Assembly: GCA_963804605.1 (NCBI GenBank)
Contig: CAWDRB010000007.1
Coordinates: 107,252 to 171,251 of the forward strand
From: an uncultured delta proteobacterium
Lineage (GTDB): Bacteria > Desulfobacterota > Desulfobulbia > Desulfobulbales > Desulfocapsaceae
Length of the DNA: 64,000 nucleotides
Direction of reading: 5' to 3'
Part shown: positions 11,419 to 23,871 of the stretch, in pieces
Numbering within the stretch: the first letter of the stretch is position 1
How the letters are laid out: every line of letters begins with the position of its first letter
The notes under the pieces: model-generated
Databases searched by the model: none
The model's input: only the letters and a program-made list of their open reading frames with translations
What the model was told of the DNA's origin: nothing
Made by a program: the position numbers and the translations under genes

Positions 11419-12595
11419 TTATCCCTTCACCACCGCCAGCGGTTTCAACGTCGTGATGATCTGCACCAGGTCTCGCTGGTTGTTCATTACCTTGGTGATA
11501 TCTTTATAGGCCCCGGCGGCCTCGTCGAGATCTCTTTTATTACGGATGGAATGAACAATGCCCTGCTGTTCTAGGTGATGAATCTCTTCCTTCAGGTCAA
11601 GCTGCCGTTGTGCCTGTTTTCTGCCAAGTTTTCTGCCTGCTCCGTGTGAGCAGGAGCTAAAACTCTCCTTGTTGCCCAGCCCGCGAACTATATAACTGGT
11701 ACTCCCCTGAGAACCGGGAATTATTCCGGTTTGTCCTGCCACCGCCTGGGTTGCACCTTTTCGGTGAACCAGAACTTCTTTGCCGAAATGATACTCAAGT
11801 GATGCGTAATTATGTGCAACATCAAGGGCTGGGGAAAAGGAGACCGAAGGTTCGAAGTCGAGCAGGATCTCACAGGCTCTCTGCATCATCTCACGGCGAT
11901 TGGCTGCAGCGAATTGTACGCAATAGTTCATCTCTTTTAAGTAGCGCCGGCCCATGTCGGACGGCAGCGGCAGGCCATCTAGTTGCCATTTTGGTGGGAT
12001 TTTTGCCCCGTGTGCCTGGTTATACGCAATGGCCAGTTTGTTGTAATGGCCCGCTACCTGGTAGCCGATGTTTCTGCTGCCGGAGTGGATCATCAGCCAG
12101 ATGTGGTCGTCATCTCCTTTCTGCCACTCGATAAAGTGGTTTCCACCACCGAGTGTGCCGAGCTGCATCCGACCGTTGTCATATTCCCTGGAGACTACCG
12201 GCAGCTCTTTTTCGGTGAGTTTTTCTGTAAATTTGGGCATCTTTATCATGGGGTTGTACCGCCTTATGGTGTTTAAAACCGAGCGGTATTACCTGTCGAA
12301 CAGAGGCGAGGATTTTTTTCAGCTGGGATTTTTCCAGATGATGCAAGGAGGTTTGTACGGCGCATACTCCGCAGCCGATATCGACTCCCACCGCATTGGG
12401 GATGACAACGTTTTCGGTGGCCGCTACCCCACCAATCGGCATGCCATAGCCAACATGGGCGTCCGGCATGATCGCCACATGATGGTACAGAAAAGGCAAA
12501 TTGGCCAGATTTTTTGCCTGTTCCAGAGTGTCATGGTCGATATCTTCCAACCAGAGTTTAATCGGTTTCTTTTCCGTATTGATTGTTTTGATCAT
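11419..12595 (-). CDS. rtcB: RtcB-family RNA ligase (frameshift near 12250)
   Basis: MPDAHVGYGMPIGG, VGVDIGCG, GTLGGGNHFIE, HSGSR, VHRKGAT, SCSHGAGR, DEAAGAYKDI. Confidence 0.92.
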
Positions 12596-12607
12596 GGTGG
12601 TTGCTCC

Positions 12608-13866
12608 TCAGGCAAAAAACACCATATTCATTGTCGAGGCAACTGCCCACATACATTAGGGCATAATGCCAATTGCTCCGCAGTATTATTCGAGGCGAAG
12701 CATGGTATCTGCTCACCAGGGCCAATCCTACGCCGGATAGACGGGCTGCTGCCGGTTGAAATGGCCCAGCTGGAAAGAAATAGAAAGCCCAGTTGTGATT
12801 GATCCGGGTTGAGGGGCAGGAGCAGTGGGCTGACGATTGCGATGCTGACGATCGGATGAACCCCCATAATTCCAATGACAATCATCGCGCCCAGAACTAC
12901 GGCGAATAACAAAGAAGTAAAGGTTGAGCCTTCCAGGCTGAACAAGGCCGGATACACTGAGATTATGGATTTGATGCCGGTAGAAAAGACACCGGCTGCC
13001 AAAAACAGGATAAATTGACTGCTGACCGATGATATTTTGGTATTTATAAAATCATGCAGTGTTGCGATCCTTGGTCTGCCTTTCATAAAAACAACAGCGC
13101 CGAGCGGCGAAACCACGCAGATCAGATGCAATACACTGATGTCATGCCGGAAATGATGGGTAAAGATGACGACCGCCGCCAGAAACAGTGGCACCGTCAA
13201 GCTTTCGACCTTTAAAGGATACCCGGAGAATTCTGTTTTTCTAATGAAACACACTTCAAGAAGCGAGTAAGATATTGCTATTCCACTCATGATGGCTCCA
13301 GGAATCAGTGTCTCCTGCCAGTGCATTCCCGGCGCATAGGTGAGAGCGACACCGGTTGCGATAAAAAAGGGGGACCACCACGCCGCGGCGCAAAAAGAAC
13401 GGGCCAGAATAATCATCTGCTCTTTGCTTAAGGTGCCGCTTCTCTGGAGTCGATCGCCGAAGACAAACAGTACCGACAGGTTAATCACCGCACCGAGCAG
13501 ATGGGTACCAAGTGCTGTTGTAACCACTGCCTTGTTGCCATGGGGCAGGGCAGGGTCTTCGGTTCCTCTGTTTGTCAGGGTTAGAAAGGCCACGGCGACA
13601 AACATGGCAAGTAGAGGCAGGTTGACAGCGAGAATCTGCTTCCAGCCAAGGAAGATGCCGTGGATAGCCGCAAAGAGTAAAGACACAATACCGGTTAAGA
13701 CGAGTACTAAAGCCTGGCGGATTGCATTTCCGCCAACGGAGCGCCAGGTGAGAAGACAGACCAGCCAGGCCAGAAGGGTCGGCACAGGCAGCACCACGGG
13801 AAGCACAATGCTGATAAGGTAGAAGACAAGCGTGCCCAATATGAGCAACCCAGTATATTTTTTCAT
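12608..13866 (-). CDS. Multi-pass membrane protein, putative transporter (C-terminal frameshift)
   Basis: About 12 hydrophobic segments; HLLGAVINLS and AWWSPFFIA motifs. Confidence 0.65.
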
Positions 13867-13878
13867 TTCAGTCTGTTT

Positions 13879-15007
13879 TTATGACAAGGTCTTTTTAAAC
13901 CTGCCGATAGCAATGGTGAGAAAAGTGATGGACAGAACGGTTTGGGCGACGATTGCCGGCCAGAGTGCGAAAATGCCGACATCTTTCATGACGATGCCCC
14001 GGAGGATGTCCAGATACCAGCGCATCGGGTTGATGGCGGTGGCGTAGCGAACCGGATCCGGCATATTGCTGATCGGGAAGAGGAAGCCGCTCAGCATAAC
14101 CGAAGGCATCAGGACCAGAAAACTGGTGAGCAAAGCCTGCTGCTGGGTCGAGGCGCTGCCGCTGATGATGAGGGCTATACCCATATTCCCTGCGAGGTAG
14201 ATTCCGGTGAGGCAATAGAGGAGCGGCAGGCTGCCCCGTACATGCACGCCGAAAACCAGATAGGCGACAATGAGCATGAACGACATGGTGATATAGCCGG
14301 TAATCATATACGGGATGGTTTTTCCGAGGATAAATTCAATGCCGCGGATGGGGGTGACCATCACCTGCTCAATGGTGCCGATTTCCTTTTCCCGGACGAT
14401 GCCGATACTGGTCAGCAGCAGGCTGAAGATATACAGCATGGTGGCAATGAGCGAGGGGACATAATAATATTTGCTCTCCTGGTTGGTATTGTACCAGGCT
14501 CGGCTCTCGGTGGTGATCTGTACCGGTGCAATGCTGGTGCCCTTTCTGCCCAGCCGCTTTGTGATTTGTTTATCATTATAATCACTGACAATAATCCCGG
14601 CATAGCCAAGGACGATGGAGGTACTGTTGCTATCGGTGCCGTCGGTAATGAGTTGGATCCCGGCGGTCCGTTCATGGAGGATATTTTTACTGTATCCCGA
14701 CAGGTATCTGCAGTACCGCCCGGACATCGCTGTGATCAAGCAGGGGAGCAATCTCAGTTTGGGAGAGCAGGGTGGCCGAAACATGAAAATAGTTACTTGC
14801 GGTAAAGGCGCTGATCAGTTCCCTGGAGGCGGGGGTTTTATCCATGTCCAGCACTGCCATGCGGATATTGGTCACATCGGTGGTTAAGGCAAAGGCCATG
14901 ACGGTCAATTGGATCACCGGCATGCCGAAAATAATCACCCGCATCCGTGGATCACGAAGCATCTGTAAAAATTCCTTGATCAGCATGCGGTACAGGCGTT
15001 GCAGCAT
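13879..15007 (-). CDS. ABC-2 exporter permease, YbhR-like (frameshifted)
   Basis: KEFLQMLRDPR N-terminus; IVREKEIGTIEQVMVTP; LSGFLFPISNMP. Confidence 0.88.
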
Positions 15008-15010
15008 CTG

Positions 15011-16145
15011 TTACTCCAGTTTGAAGGAAAAATTACGGTTGGCAAGAAGTATCATCAACAGCGCGTAGACGGTTAAAAACAGCACATCAAGCCACAGGAT
15101 TTCCAGGCCGATACCTTTTAAGTAGATGCCGCGCAGGATAGCAATAAAATACCGGGCAGGGACAATATAGGTAAGAAATTGCAGAGGCAACGGCATGTTT
15201 TCGATGGCAAAAACGAATCCGCTCAGGATCAGGGTGGGTAAAAAACCGATAATGATGGCCAGCTGGTTGGCCAGGACCTGGGATTTAAGTTTAATACTGA
15301 GGGTCATGCCGAGAAACAAGGCACCGGTCAGAAAAATGGCGGAGAGAGCAAACAGCAGCCAACCGTTGCCGACTATCGGTACATTAAAAATCCATTTACC
15401 GATCAGTACCGCCATGGCCACATCGATCATGCCGATACAGAAATAGGGAATGACTTTGCCGAAAATCAGCTCGGGACCGCGCAGTGGGGTGCTTATCAGC
15501 TGTTCCATGGTTCCTGTTTCCCATTCCTTGGCCACGGTGGTGCTGGTCAGCAGTGCGGCGACAACGATCATGACCAGGGCAATGATGCCGGGGATGAGCA
15601 CGTTCTGGCTGCGCAAATCGGGGTTGTACCAGGAGCGCTGGATTAATTCGACTCGGCTGCTTCAGTTTATCCCGACCTTTTCTCTGCATCTGTTTCGATG
15701 CAACCTCAAGGGCATAAATGGATCCGATGTTTGCCGCATAGCCCATGGCCAGCCGGGAGGTGTTGGCATCGCTGCCATCACCGATAATCTGGATTTTTAC
15801 CGGTTTGGCGGCCTGCACCTTGGCGGCAAAGTCGCCTGGGATAATGAGGGCGACCATGGCGCTTCCCTGGTCGAGTTCCTTTTGCAGTCCGCGATAATCG
15901 TCGTGATAGCCTTTGATGGCAAAATAGGGAGAACTCTGAAAGAGACTAAGCAGTTCCCGGCTCTCGGGAGTGCGTGACTGATCCCAGACCGTAGTCGGTA
16001 CCAGCCGCAGATCAAGAGTGAGGGCATAGCCATAGAGCAGAATGAGGATAAGCGGAATGGCCAGGGCCAGGGTCAGGCTCCGCCAGTCGCGCATCAGGTG
16101 CAGGGATTCTTTTCGGGCTACGGCGCTAAGTCGTCTGAAGTTCAT
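15011..16145 (-). CDS. ABC-2 exporter permease, YbhS-like (frameshift near 15650)
   Basis: RKESLHLMRD, DGSDANT, AKEWETGTMEQLISTP. Confidence 0.88.
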
Positions 16146-16170
16146 GGTTTGGCCGCCTTCGTCTTGGTTT

Positions 16171-18159
16171 TTACCTGCTCTCTTTGTTCCTGTCGACTTC
16201 CTCAATGAGCGAGATAAAGACATCTTCCATGCTTGGCAGGATGGTCTCCATGGTGACGTTGGCTAGGCCCAGGCCCTGGTCGGCAAGCAGTCGATTTATT
16301 GAATCGCTTCTGCGGCCATGAATCATCCGGGGTGACGATATGCAGGCCCGAGCCAAAAAGGGCCGCATCCCGGATCTCCGGCAGAGCTTTCAGCGGAGTA
16401 ATTAGACCCTGAGGATCAGCACAGCGCAGATCGATGATTTTATCGTGCATGAAGCGGGTCTTCAGCTCCATCGGCGAACCGGAGGCGATCATCTTGCCGT
16501 CATAGATAAGGGCGATGCGGTCGCAGTACTCGGCCTCTTCCATATAATGGGTGGTGACAAAGATAGTGATGCCCTGATCGGCCATCGAGTAGATGAGGTC
16601 CCAGAATTGCCTGCGGCTTAAGGGATCGACGCCGCTGGTCGGTTCGTCAAGAAAGATGATCGGTGGTTCATGCAGGATGGCGCAGGCAAGGGCGAGACGC
16701 TGTTTCCAGCCGCCGCTGAGAATTGCGGTCAGACTGGTCCGATGGTCCTGCAGGCCGGCCATCTCCACCGCCCAGTCGAGGCGATGTTCCAGCCGCTTGC
16801 CGTTAAGGCCGTAGATGCCGCCATAAAAATTGATGTTTTCCTTCACGGTGAGATCTTCATAGAGAGAAAATTTCTGGCTCATATAGCCGATATGCAGCTT
16901 GATCTGCTCCGTTTCGGTAAGGATATCAAAGCCGGCCACCGTCCCTGTTCCGGAACTGGGACTCAGCAGCCCGCAGAGCATGCGGATGGTGGTGCTTTTC
17001 CCGGCGCCGTTAGGCCCGAGAAAGCCAAAAATTTCGCCTTTTTTCACCTGAAAGCTGACATCGTCAACGGCGGTGAAAGTACCGAAACGGCGGGTCAGAT
17101 GCTCTACCGTAACGGCCAGCAGGCAAGGTCCGCTGCCGAATCCGTTATAATCCGGGCGGTTTTCTCTGTTTCGGCTTATCTGGTCGCTTTTGCCGAGCAG
17201 ACTGACAAAGACATCTTCCAGGGACGGCCGGGTTTCTCGAACCTGGTCATAGTCGATTTTTTCCCGTTGAAGAAGATCGACGATCTGCTCGCCGGTCTTT
17301 TTACTGTCGCCGCAGACCAGATGGACCGTATCGCCAAAGAGATTGACGCTTTTGGTAAAGGGTTGTCCACGGAGCAGACTGACGATTTTTCTGGCCTGTC
17401 GTGATCTGATCGCCAGAATCCGGCCATCCATCAGTTCTTTAATTTCAGCCAGGGGTGCCGATGGCCATGAGCTTGCCCTGATCGATCAGGGCAACCCGGT
17501 CGCAGCGCTCCGCTTCATCGAGATAGGCGGTGGTGAGCAGCACCGCCACCTGTTGTGCACGCAGTTGATTGAGAATACGCCAGAAATCCCGGCGGCTCAC
17601 CGGATCAACGCCATTGGTCGGCTCGTCGAGCAAGCAGGACTTTTGGGGTATGGATAAGGGCGCAGACCAGCTGGAGCTTTTGTTTCATGCCGCCGGAGAG
17701 ATCGCCGGCCCGGCGCCGGATAAAGGGTCGCATATGACTGAAATCGAGCAGTTCTTCGATACGTTCCTGTCTGCCTTTACGGCTCATACCGTAGAGATCT
17801 GCATAAAAATCGATATTTTCGCCGACGGTAAGATCCTGATACAGGCCAAATTTCTGGCTCATATAGGCCAGGTGATCTTTGACTTCTGCGGCTTCTTTTG
17901 ATGTATCAAATCCGGCGATGCGGGCCGTGCCCGAATCAGCATCCATGATGGTTGCCAGCATACGCAGGCTGGTCGATTTACCCGCGCCGTCCGGTCCGAC
18001 CAGACCGAAGATCTCACCGGGATAGACAGTGAGCTGCAAGTGATCGACGGCGGTGAGTGCACCGAATTTTTTGGTCAGTCCTTCTGCAGCAATGGCGGCA
18101 GGCACCTCCCCCGTCACCTTGTGCTGGCTCATGGCCGTCTTATCGGCAGGAATTGCCAT
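16171..18159 (-). CDS. ABC exporter ATP-binding protein with two ATPase domains, YbhF-like (frameshifted)
   Basis: Two Walker A motifs ([16 protein letters not shown]), [20 protein letters not shown] twice. Confidence 0.88.
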
Positions 18160-18160
18160 C

Positions 18161-19352
18161 TTACCGGCTGCTCAAGTCTATATGCCCATCGGCGGGCATA
18201 CCGGGTTTGAGTTCGTTGTCGGGATTATCGAGCATGACCTTGATCCGGTACATCAGTTTTACCCGTTCTTCAAAGGTCTGAACCGTCTTGGGGGTAAATT
18301 CTGCCTGACTGCTGATATAGCTTACCCGACCGGAATAGGTCTTGTCGGAAAAGGTGTCGGTTGTTACCTCGACCTGTTGACCCAGTTGTATCCGGCCAAG
18401 ATCTGTTTCATGGATATAGGCACGCAGCCACGGTTTATCCATTTGCCCAAGGGTCAGTACCGGGGAAGCGGTGTTGAGATATTCCCCGGATTCTGCCGAG
18501 GTGCTGAGTACCACGCCGTCCATTGGTGCAACAAGCTCGGTATACTTCAGCTGTTGTCTGGCCTGGTTGACCGTTTCCTGGGCAACCCGGACTTTGGCTG
18601 ACTGCCTGATCGATACTCTCTTGACGCGGGCCCGCCTTGATCAGGGCATATTCTGCTTCCGCCTGTTTCAGAGCGGCCTCGGCCTTATGCAGTTGTTCGA
18701 TGCGCGGACCGATCTTGAGCAGTTCAAGCTGCTGGCTGGCTACTTTAGTTTGTGCGGCCGCTTCTTTGGCCCGGTTTTCGGCGGTCTTAAATCTGGTCTG
18801 GAAGGTTTCAAGGGTGTTTTTGCTGATACTTTTATCCCTATAGAGACTGATATAGCGGTCCTGGTCGATTCTCGCCTGTTGCAACTCAACGAGAGCCGAC
18901 CGTTCGGCTGCTCTTGCGCTGTCGAGAGCTGCCCTGGCACTCTCGATGTCCTGGCTGCGGCTGCCGTTTTGTAGTTCCGTCAAACTCTGCCGAGCCTGCA
19001 TTACCGCGGCTTCGGCCCGGGCAATATCTTCTTTGCGACTGCCCGCCTCAAGTTCCGCGAGAACGGCCCGACTGTAGGCCAGATTGGCCTCTGCCTGTGC
19101 CAGGGCAATGACTTGATCGCTTTTTTCCAGCCTGGCCACCGGCTGCTGCGCCTTGACTGTATCGCCTTCTTCCACCAGCCGTTCCAGCAGGCGACCTGGA
19201 ATCCTAAAGCTCATCTGGGTCTCGGTGACTTCTATATTGCCGGAAAAACGAAGCGATGAACTATCTTTTCGATGGCTTATAATATTGAAGGCAACAACGC
19301 CGATGATGATGAGTGCAGCAAGCGGGAGAATGATGCGTAACCTTTTTTTCAT
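18161..19352 (-). CDS. HlyD-family periplasmic adaptor, YbhG-like (frameshifted)
   Basis: FSGNIEVTE, coiled coil, AEFTPKTVQT..ERVKLMYRIKV, LKPGMPAD. Confidence 0.88.
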
Positions 19353-20014
19353 TATTCTGCCTTTGATGGTGAGAGAATTTCCTCTTTAATCCGGGCAATT
19401 CCGCCAAGAGAAAAGAGCCAGACGGCGTCGGCCGGCTGGTCGAGATTATGTTCTGCAGGTGAAGTGTCGGCAAAGATTTTGCGGATAACTGTTGACCCCA
19501 GAGCGTAATAGATACACTGGCCGATGATGCTTATGGCGCAGGAATTAAGTTTGTCCGGACCTGGGTTGATCCGCATAATGTCGACAATGATGTTGAGCAG
19601 CAGGTTTTTATGCGGTTTGACGTATTTTTCGAGAATTGAGGTGAAAGCGGGACTCGGGTCGAGCAGTTCCCTGGCGATTAACCGCCCCTGGCCAGCCATG
19701 CCGCCCCAGCCCTCCTGGCTCTGCAACCGATAGAACATGCCTCTGATAAAGGCCCGGAGTTGTTGTTCCGGGTCGGCATCGGGGCCTACTTCCAGAGTTG
19801 CTGGAAAACGAGTAAAACCTGTATGGAAAACATCTTCGAGAACGGCGCTATACAGCCCTTCTTTGCCCTGGAAATGGTAATTGATCGCGGCAACGTTAAC
19901 CTGCGCCGTTTGGGCGATCATCCGGATGGTGGTATCCTTAAAGCCGTTTCTGCCAAAGATAAGGCTCGCGGCTTGAGGGTACGTTCCTTGGTTGGGGTTG
20001 GTTTGATCAGGCAT
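19352..20014 (-). CDS. TetR-family regulator, CecR/YbiH-like
   Basis: HTH GFKDTTIRMIAQTAQVNVAAINYHFQGKEGLY; C-terminal SIIGQC and FSLGGI; heads a YbhGFSR-like operon. Confidence 0.88.
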   Translation of the reverse strand: MPDQTNPNQGTYPQAASLIFGRNGFKDTTIRMIAQTAQVNVAAINYHFQGKEGLYSAVLEDVFHTGFTRFPATLEVGPDADPEQQLRAFIRGMFYRLQSQEGWGGMAGQGRLIARELLDPSPAFTSILEKYVKPHKNLLLNIIVDIMRINPGPDKLNSCAISIIGQCIYYALGSTVIRKIFADTSPAEHNLDQPADAVWLFSLGGIARIKEEILSPSKAE

Positions 20015-20026
20015 GGCTCTCTCATA

Positions 20027-20068
20027 TAAACCAGGTGATTTAAACGAGAATATAAAACATTTGTTTTA
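20027..20068. promoter_or_regulatory. Probable TetR operator array
   Basis: Palindrome TAAAACATTTGTTTTA (20053-20068) plus related 16-mers at 20040 and 20027, 13 bp apart, just upstream of the TetR start. Confidence 0.55.
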
Positions 20069-20140
20069 ATCAGCCAAGAGAAGATCTGCGCAAATGTTCA
20101 GGAAAAAAGGAATTGCCTGTGTAGGCATCATCATATTTGT

Positions 20141-20172
20141 TTGACGAGCAATATCTTAATCATTATGATTAA
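20141..20172 (+). promoter_or_regulatory. Sigma70 promoter with overlapping TA operator
   Basis: TTGACG-17 bp-TATGAT; perfect palindrome TTAATCAT-T-ATGATTAA (20156-20172) over the -10. Confidence 0.7.
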
Positions 20173-20237
20173 TTTCTAATCAGCACTTGTCTGGACGGCT
20201 GAACCAATCAGATAATACTTACTAAGGAGAATTAACC

Positions 20238-20510
20238 ATGGCACAAACTGATACCCGCGTATTAACCGCCCACGTGCCAATTCCGCTTGCTGAAAAAGTA
20301 GACCAGATAGCGGCACGACTCGAGCGGTCGCGCGGCTGGATCATGAAACAGGCGCTATCGGCCTGGATTGAACAAGAAGAAGAGCGCGCCCGGTTGACTC
20401 TAGAGGCTCTGGCTGGTGTCGAGGCCGGCCAGGTAATTGATCATCAAGCCGTTCAGGCCTGGGCCGATAGCCTTGGTAGTGAAGACCCGCGGCCGGTACC
20501 ACAAAAATGA
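20238..20510 (+). CDS. CopG/ribbon-helix-helix antitoxin
   Basis: VLTAHVPIPLAEKVDQIAARLERSRGWIMKQAL; ATGA overlap with the toxin. Confidence 0.9.
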   Translation: MAQTDTRVLTAHVPIPLAEKVDQIAARLERSRGWIMKQALSAWIEQEEERARLTLEALAGVEAGQVIDHQAVQAWADSLGSEDPRPVPQK

Positions 20511-20782
20511 TATTGAAATGGACAGACAAGGGACTGTCCGATCTGGCTCGGTTATACGAATTCCTGGCTCCAGTAAACAGAGAGGCTGCCATCCGTACCG
20601 TGCAATCGCTAGTCAAGGGTCCCGAAAGATTACTGGCCAATCCACGCATCGGCGAAAAACTGTTCGAGTTCGAGGCGAGAGAAGTGCGGCGGATATTCAT
20701 CGGTCGGTATGAAGTGCGCTATGAGATTCAGAACGAAACAATCTATGTCCTCCGTCTTTGGCATACTCGGGAAGAACGGTAA
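20507..20782 (+). CDS. RelE/ParE-family toxin
   Basis: LKWTDKGLSDLARLYEFL, NPRIG, YEVRY, YVLRLWHTRE. Confidence 0.9.
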   Translation: MILKWTDKGLSDLARLYEFLAPVNREAAIRTVQSLVKGPERLLANPRIGEKLFEFEAREVRRIFIGRYEVRYEIQNETIYVLRLWHTREER

Positions 20783-20876
20783 CATATTGCATATTTATAC
20801 TGAATACATGCTTATAAAGAGAGTTCGTAAAGCTTGTTCTTGAAGAGTCTTAATCCCTGCGTCTCAGACGGGAAAT

Positions 20877-22555
20877 ATGAGAGGTCTCAACGTGAAAATT
20901 GAAGATTCTGTTTCAATTTCAGGGCTGTTTGAGAAGTGTCAGGTGTTATTGATTGAAAACAGTCGTTTGAAGGAGGAAATCAGAGCCCTGAAGGCGCGGT
21001 TGGTTATTGTGGAGGCGCGGTATTCGGGTGATGAAATTTCCGAGAACAAATCCGAATCTGAAATAATCGCTCCGCAGGCTGCTGGAGTTTCGCCTCCAGG
21101 CATGAGCAAAAATGCTGACGAAGGAGAAAAAATCAGGCTGTTTATGTCCATCTTCAAAGGACGAAACGATGTTTACGCCAGGAGATGGGAAAACAAGAAG
21201 AAAGGGACATTTGGATATTCTCCCTCCTGTCTGAATGAATGGAGACCCGGACTATGCCTTAAACCGAAGGGGACATGCACCGGTTGCAGCCATAAGGCGT
21301 ATGCCGGCCTGGATGGGAGAGTAATTGATGACCATCTGCGAGGAAAAGAGTCGTCGGAATATACCCGATGCTGGCCGATGAGACTTGCTGGTTTCTGGCG
21401 ATTGATTTTGATGATGGGGAGTGGCAAAAGGATATCTCGGTATTGTGGGAGGTCTGTGCGGAATTTGATATCCCTGTCTGCGTTGAGAGATCACGTTCCG
21501 GCAATGGCAGCCACGCATGGTTATTCTTTGCAGAACCGGTACCTGCATCACTGGCGAGAAAATTCGGCACCTCCTTACTTACCTACACGATGCAGAACAG
21601 GCATCTGATCACCTTCAAATCATACGACAGATTTTTCCCCTGTCAGGACACGCTGCCCAAGGGCGGTCTGGGGAATTTGATAGCGCTTCCTCTGCAAAAA
21701 GAGGCAAGAAAAAATAAAAACAGTGAGTTCATCGACCAAAATTTCGAGCCATATCCAGACCAGTGGGCATTTTTAGGCACTATTCGAACAATTACAGAAG
21801 ATGAGGTAATAACATTTACCGTAAAACTGAGTCAGGGAAATGAACTCGGGGTCTTAAAAAGAGATGAAGAAGAAACGCAAAAACCATGGGAGACGATCAA
21901 GGTCAAATTATTGAAAACAGATTTTCCGCGAGAAATTGAGATTGTAAAGGCAAATATGCTGTTTATTCCGAAGGCAGGCATCTCGGAAAGGGCTCTGAAC
22001 AAGTTGCAACGCTTGGCGGCTTTTTCGAATCCCGAGTTTTACAAGAATCAGGCCATGCGCTTGTCGACCTATGGAATACCGAGAGTTATCTGTTGCGCTG
22101 AAGATACTGCTGCGTATCTCTGTCTGCCAAGAGGATGTGAACAAGAACTGAGAGCAGTTTTTTCTGGCCAAGGAGTGGACGTCACCTGCCTGGATAAGAC
22201 CAATCGTGGTAAAAAGATCGAGGTAGAATTCAAGGGCAAGCTGAGAGATGAGCAGCCACAGGCCGTGGACAGGTTGCTAGAGCATGATATCGGCGTACTC
22301 TCCGGCTCAACCGCTTTCGGAAAAACAGTTGTGGCGATCAAACTGATCGCCGAAAGGAAAGTCAACACCCTCATCATTGTCAATAAAGCCGGCCTGCTAA
22401 CGCAATGGAAGAACAAATTGTCTGAATTCCTGGTGATAAGTGAATCCCTCCCGGTCTCGGACGCAGGCGTGAAAAAAAGAGGACGAAAAAAGGCAGGAAG
22501 CATAATCGGCCAATTAGGACAAGGCAAGAATAGCCTGGGCGGAATCGTTGATATC
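20877..22555 (+). pseudogene. TOTE-type AEP primase + SF2 helicase, truncated after Walker A/Ia
   Basis: IFKGRNDVYARRW, Cys cluster, CWFLAIDFD, ERSRSGNGSHAW, GNLIALPLQ, LRDEQ, STAFGKT; no DExH; frameshift near 21350. Confidence 0.75.
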
Positions 22556-22618
22556 TATAGTGACAATATGAATCTTTTCCTCAAAAAGAGAATCGACGAG
22601 GAGGCGGTGTATGCATGA
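22547..22618 (+). pseudogene. C-terminal remnant of an MNT nucleotidyltransferase antitoxin
   Basis: VDIYSDNMNLFLKKRIDEEAVYA resembles MNT C-termini and overlaps the HEPN start. Confidence 0.6.
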
Positions 22619-22983
22619 CCGGGAGCTCTGCCTGGAAGTTTTGCGGCAGATAGAAAGGGCCGCAATCAAGATCGCCAGCCGTTTCAAGGTTATACACCAA
22701 GCATCCGACTTTACCGATAGTCCGGCCGGAGTCGAGAAATTGGACTCCATCTGCATGATGCTGATCGTTATAGGAGAGTCACTGAAGAATCTCGAAAAAA
22801 TAACTGGAGGAAAGCTACTTTCCCAATATCCTGAAGTCGATTGGAAAAAAGCCATGGGTATGCGAGATATAATCACCCACCATTATGCGGATCTGCATGC
22901 GGAAACTATTTTTTTGTACGTGCAAACGTAAAATCCTTCCACTTCTCGAAACAGTGAGAAAAATAACTCAAGATCTGCAGTAA
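22611..22983 (+). CDS. HEPN (DUF86/HepT-like) RNase toxin (frameshift near 22910)
   Basis: LIVIGESLK, YPEVDWKKAMGMRDIITHHY (RxxxxHxY). Confidence 0.85.
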
Positions 22984-23341
22984 ACTGATGAGCCACTTGA
23001 GATAGGAAATATCTGGACGTTTAGCAACATTATGATCACCGCCTTACTCGGTGAATTATTTTTGGTTGTTGTCAAGAATAAAGATTTGACACTCCGCTTG
23101 TGACTCTCCGTCGAGTTGGTTCGCAAGACAACATATTTCCAATATATTCAAATATTTTCATGATGTAAACGGCAACAGCGCATCTTCTAACCGGATAGAA
23201 CCTCTTTGTGCAACTTGCAGAGTATAGCAATAAATTTCACCCATATAAAAACCCCGCTCCATTATAAAGAAAGACACTGAAAAACGCCGCAGCGGCATTG
23301 GGTGACGAGACCTGAATTATCTCCCCGATCCTGTCACGGTA

Positions 23342-23818
23342 CTATAACTGGAAATGCAGCAAAGGTGTCGTTCGATTTTTGATTGTCGAAGGGTATTCCC
23401 TCATATATATGCAGCCCATTTTTTCATAAAACCCTCTGGCGTTTGGGTCTGCTAGAATTTTCAATTTGGTGATACCCCGTGTGATGCACCTCTGTCGCAG
23501 ATGCTTGAACAGCAATGTTCCGATGCCGTGGCCAATGTGCTGCGGTTCGATAAACATATGCTCCAGCCAAAAGCCCTTATCGATGGTGATCCCTGCTATC
23601 TCGATAGTATCTTTTAGTTCAACAATCGAATAATATCCAATGATTGTGCTCTTGTCTTCAAAGACGAACACATCATTTTCCACGATGTAATCAGAATGTA
23701 TCGTCAGCTCATTCCGCCACACCTCGAAATACTCCTCCGGGTAGTTCCAGTATCTTTTTGAGGCGAAAGATATTCCAGTTAAAACATCTGCCTCGTTGCT
23801 TTTTGCTGATCTGATCAT
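23342..23818 (-). CDS. GNAT acetyltransferase
   Basis: SKRYWNYPEEY, LEHMFIEPQHIGHGIG, ADPNARGFYEKMG. Confidence 0.9.
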   Translation of the reverse strand: MIRSAKSNEADVLTGISFASKRYWNYPEEYFEVWRNELTIHSDYIVENDVFVFEDKSTIIGYYSIVELKDTIEIAGITIDKGFWLEHMFIEPQHIGHGIGTLLFKHLRQRCITRGITKLKILADPNARGFYEKMGCIYMREYPSTIKNRTTPLLHFQL

Positions 23819-23871
23819 AGCTATTTTAGGATTAAGCGTTTGGTGTAAGCTAGATAGATGGGTTGGCTACT

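Noticed and set aside
13942-17404. Long plus-strand ORFs (287, 175, 244 aa) opposite the ABC operon, and similar ones opposite ovoA
   Set aside because: Antisense shadows of well-supported genes; no motifs.
23060-23340. Possible IS/REP end remnants in an AT-rich spacer
   Set aside because: No paired inverted repeats, target duplication or transposase fragment could be shown.
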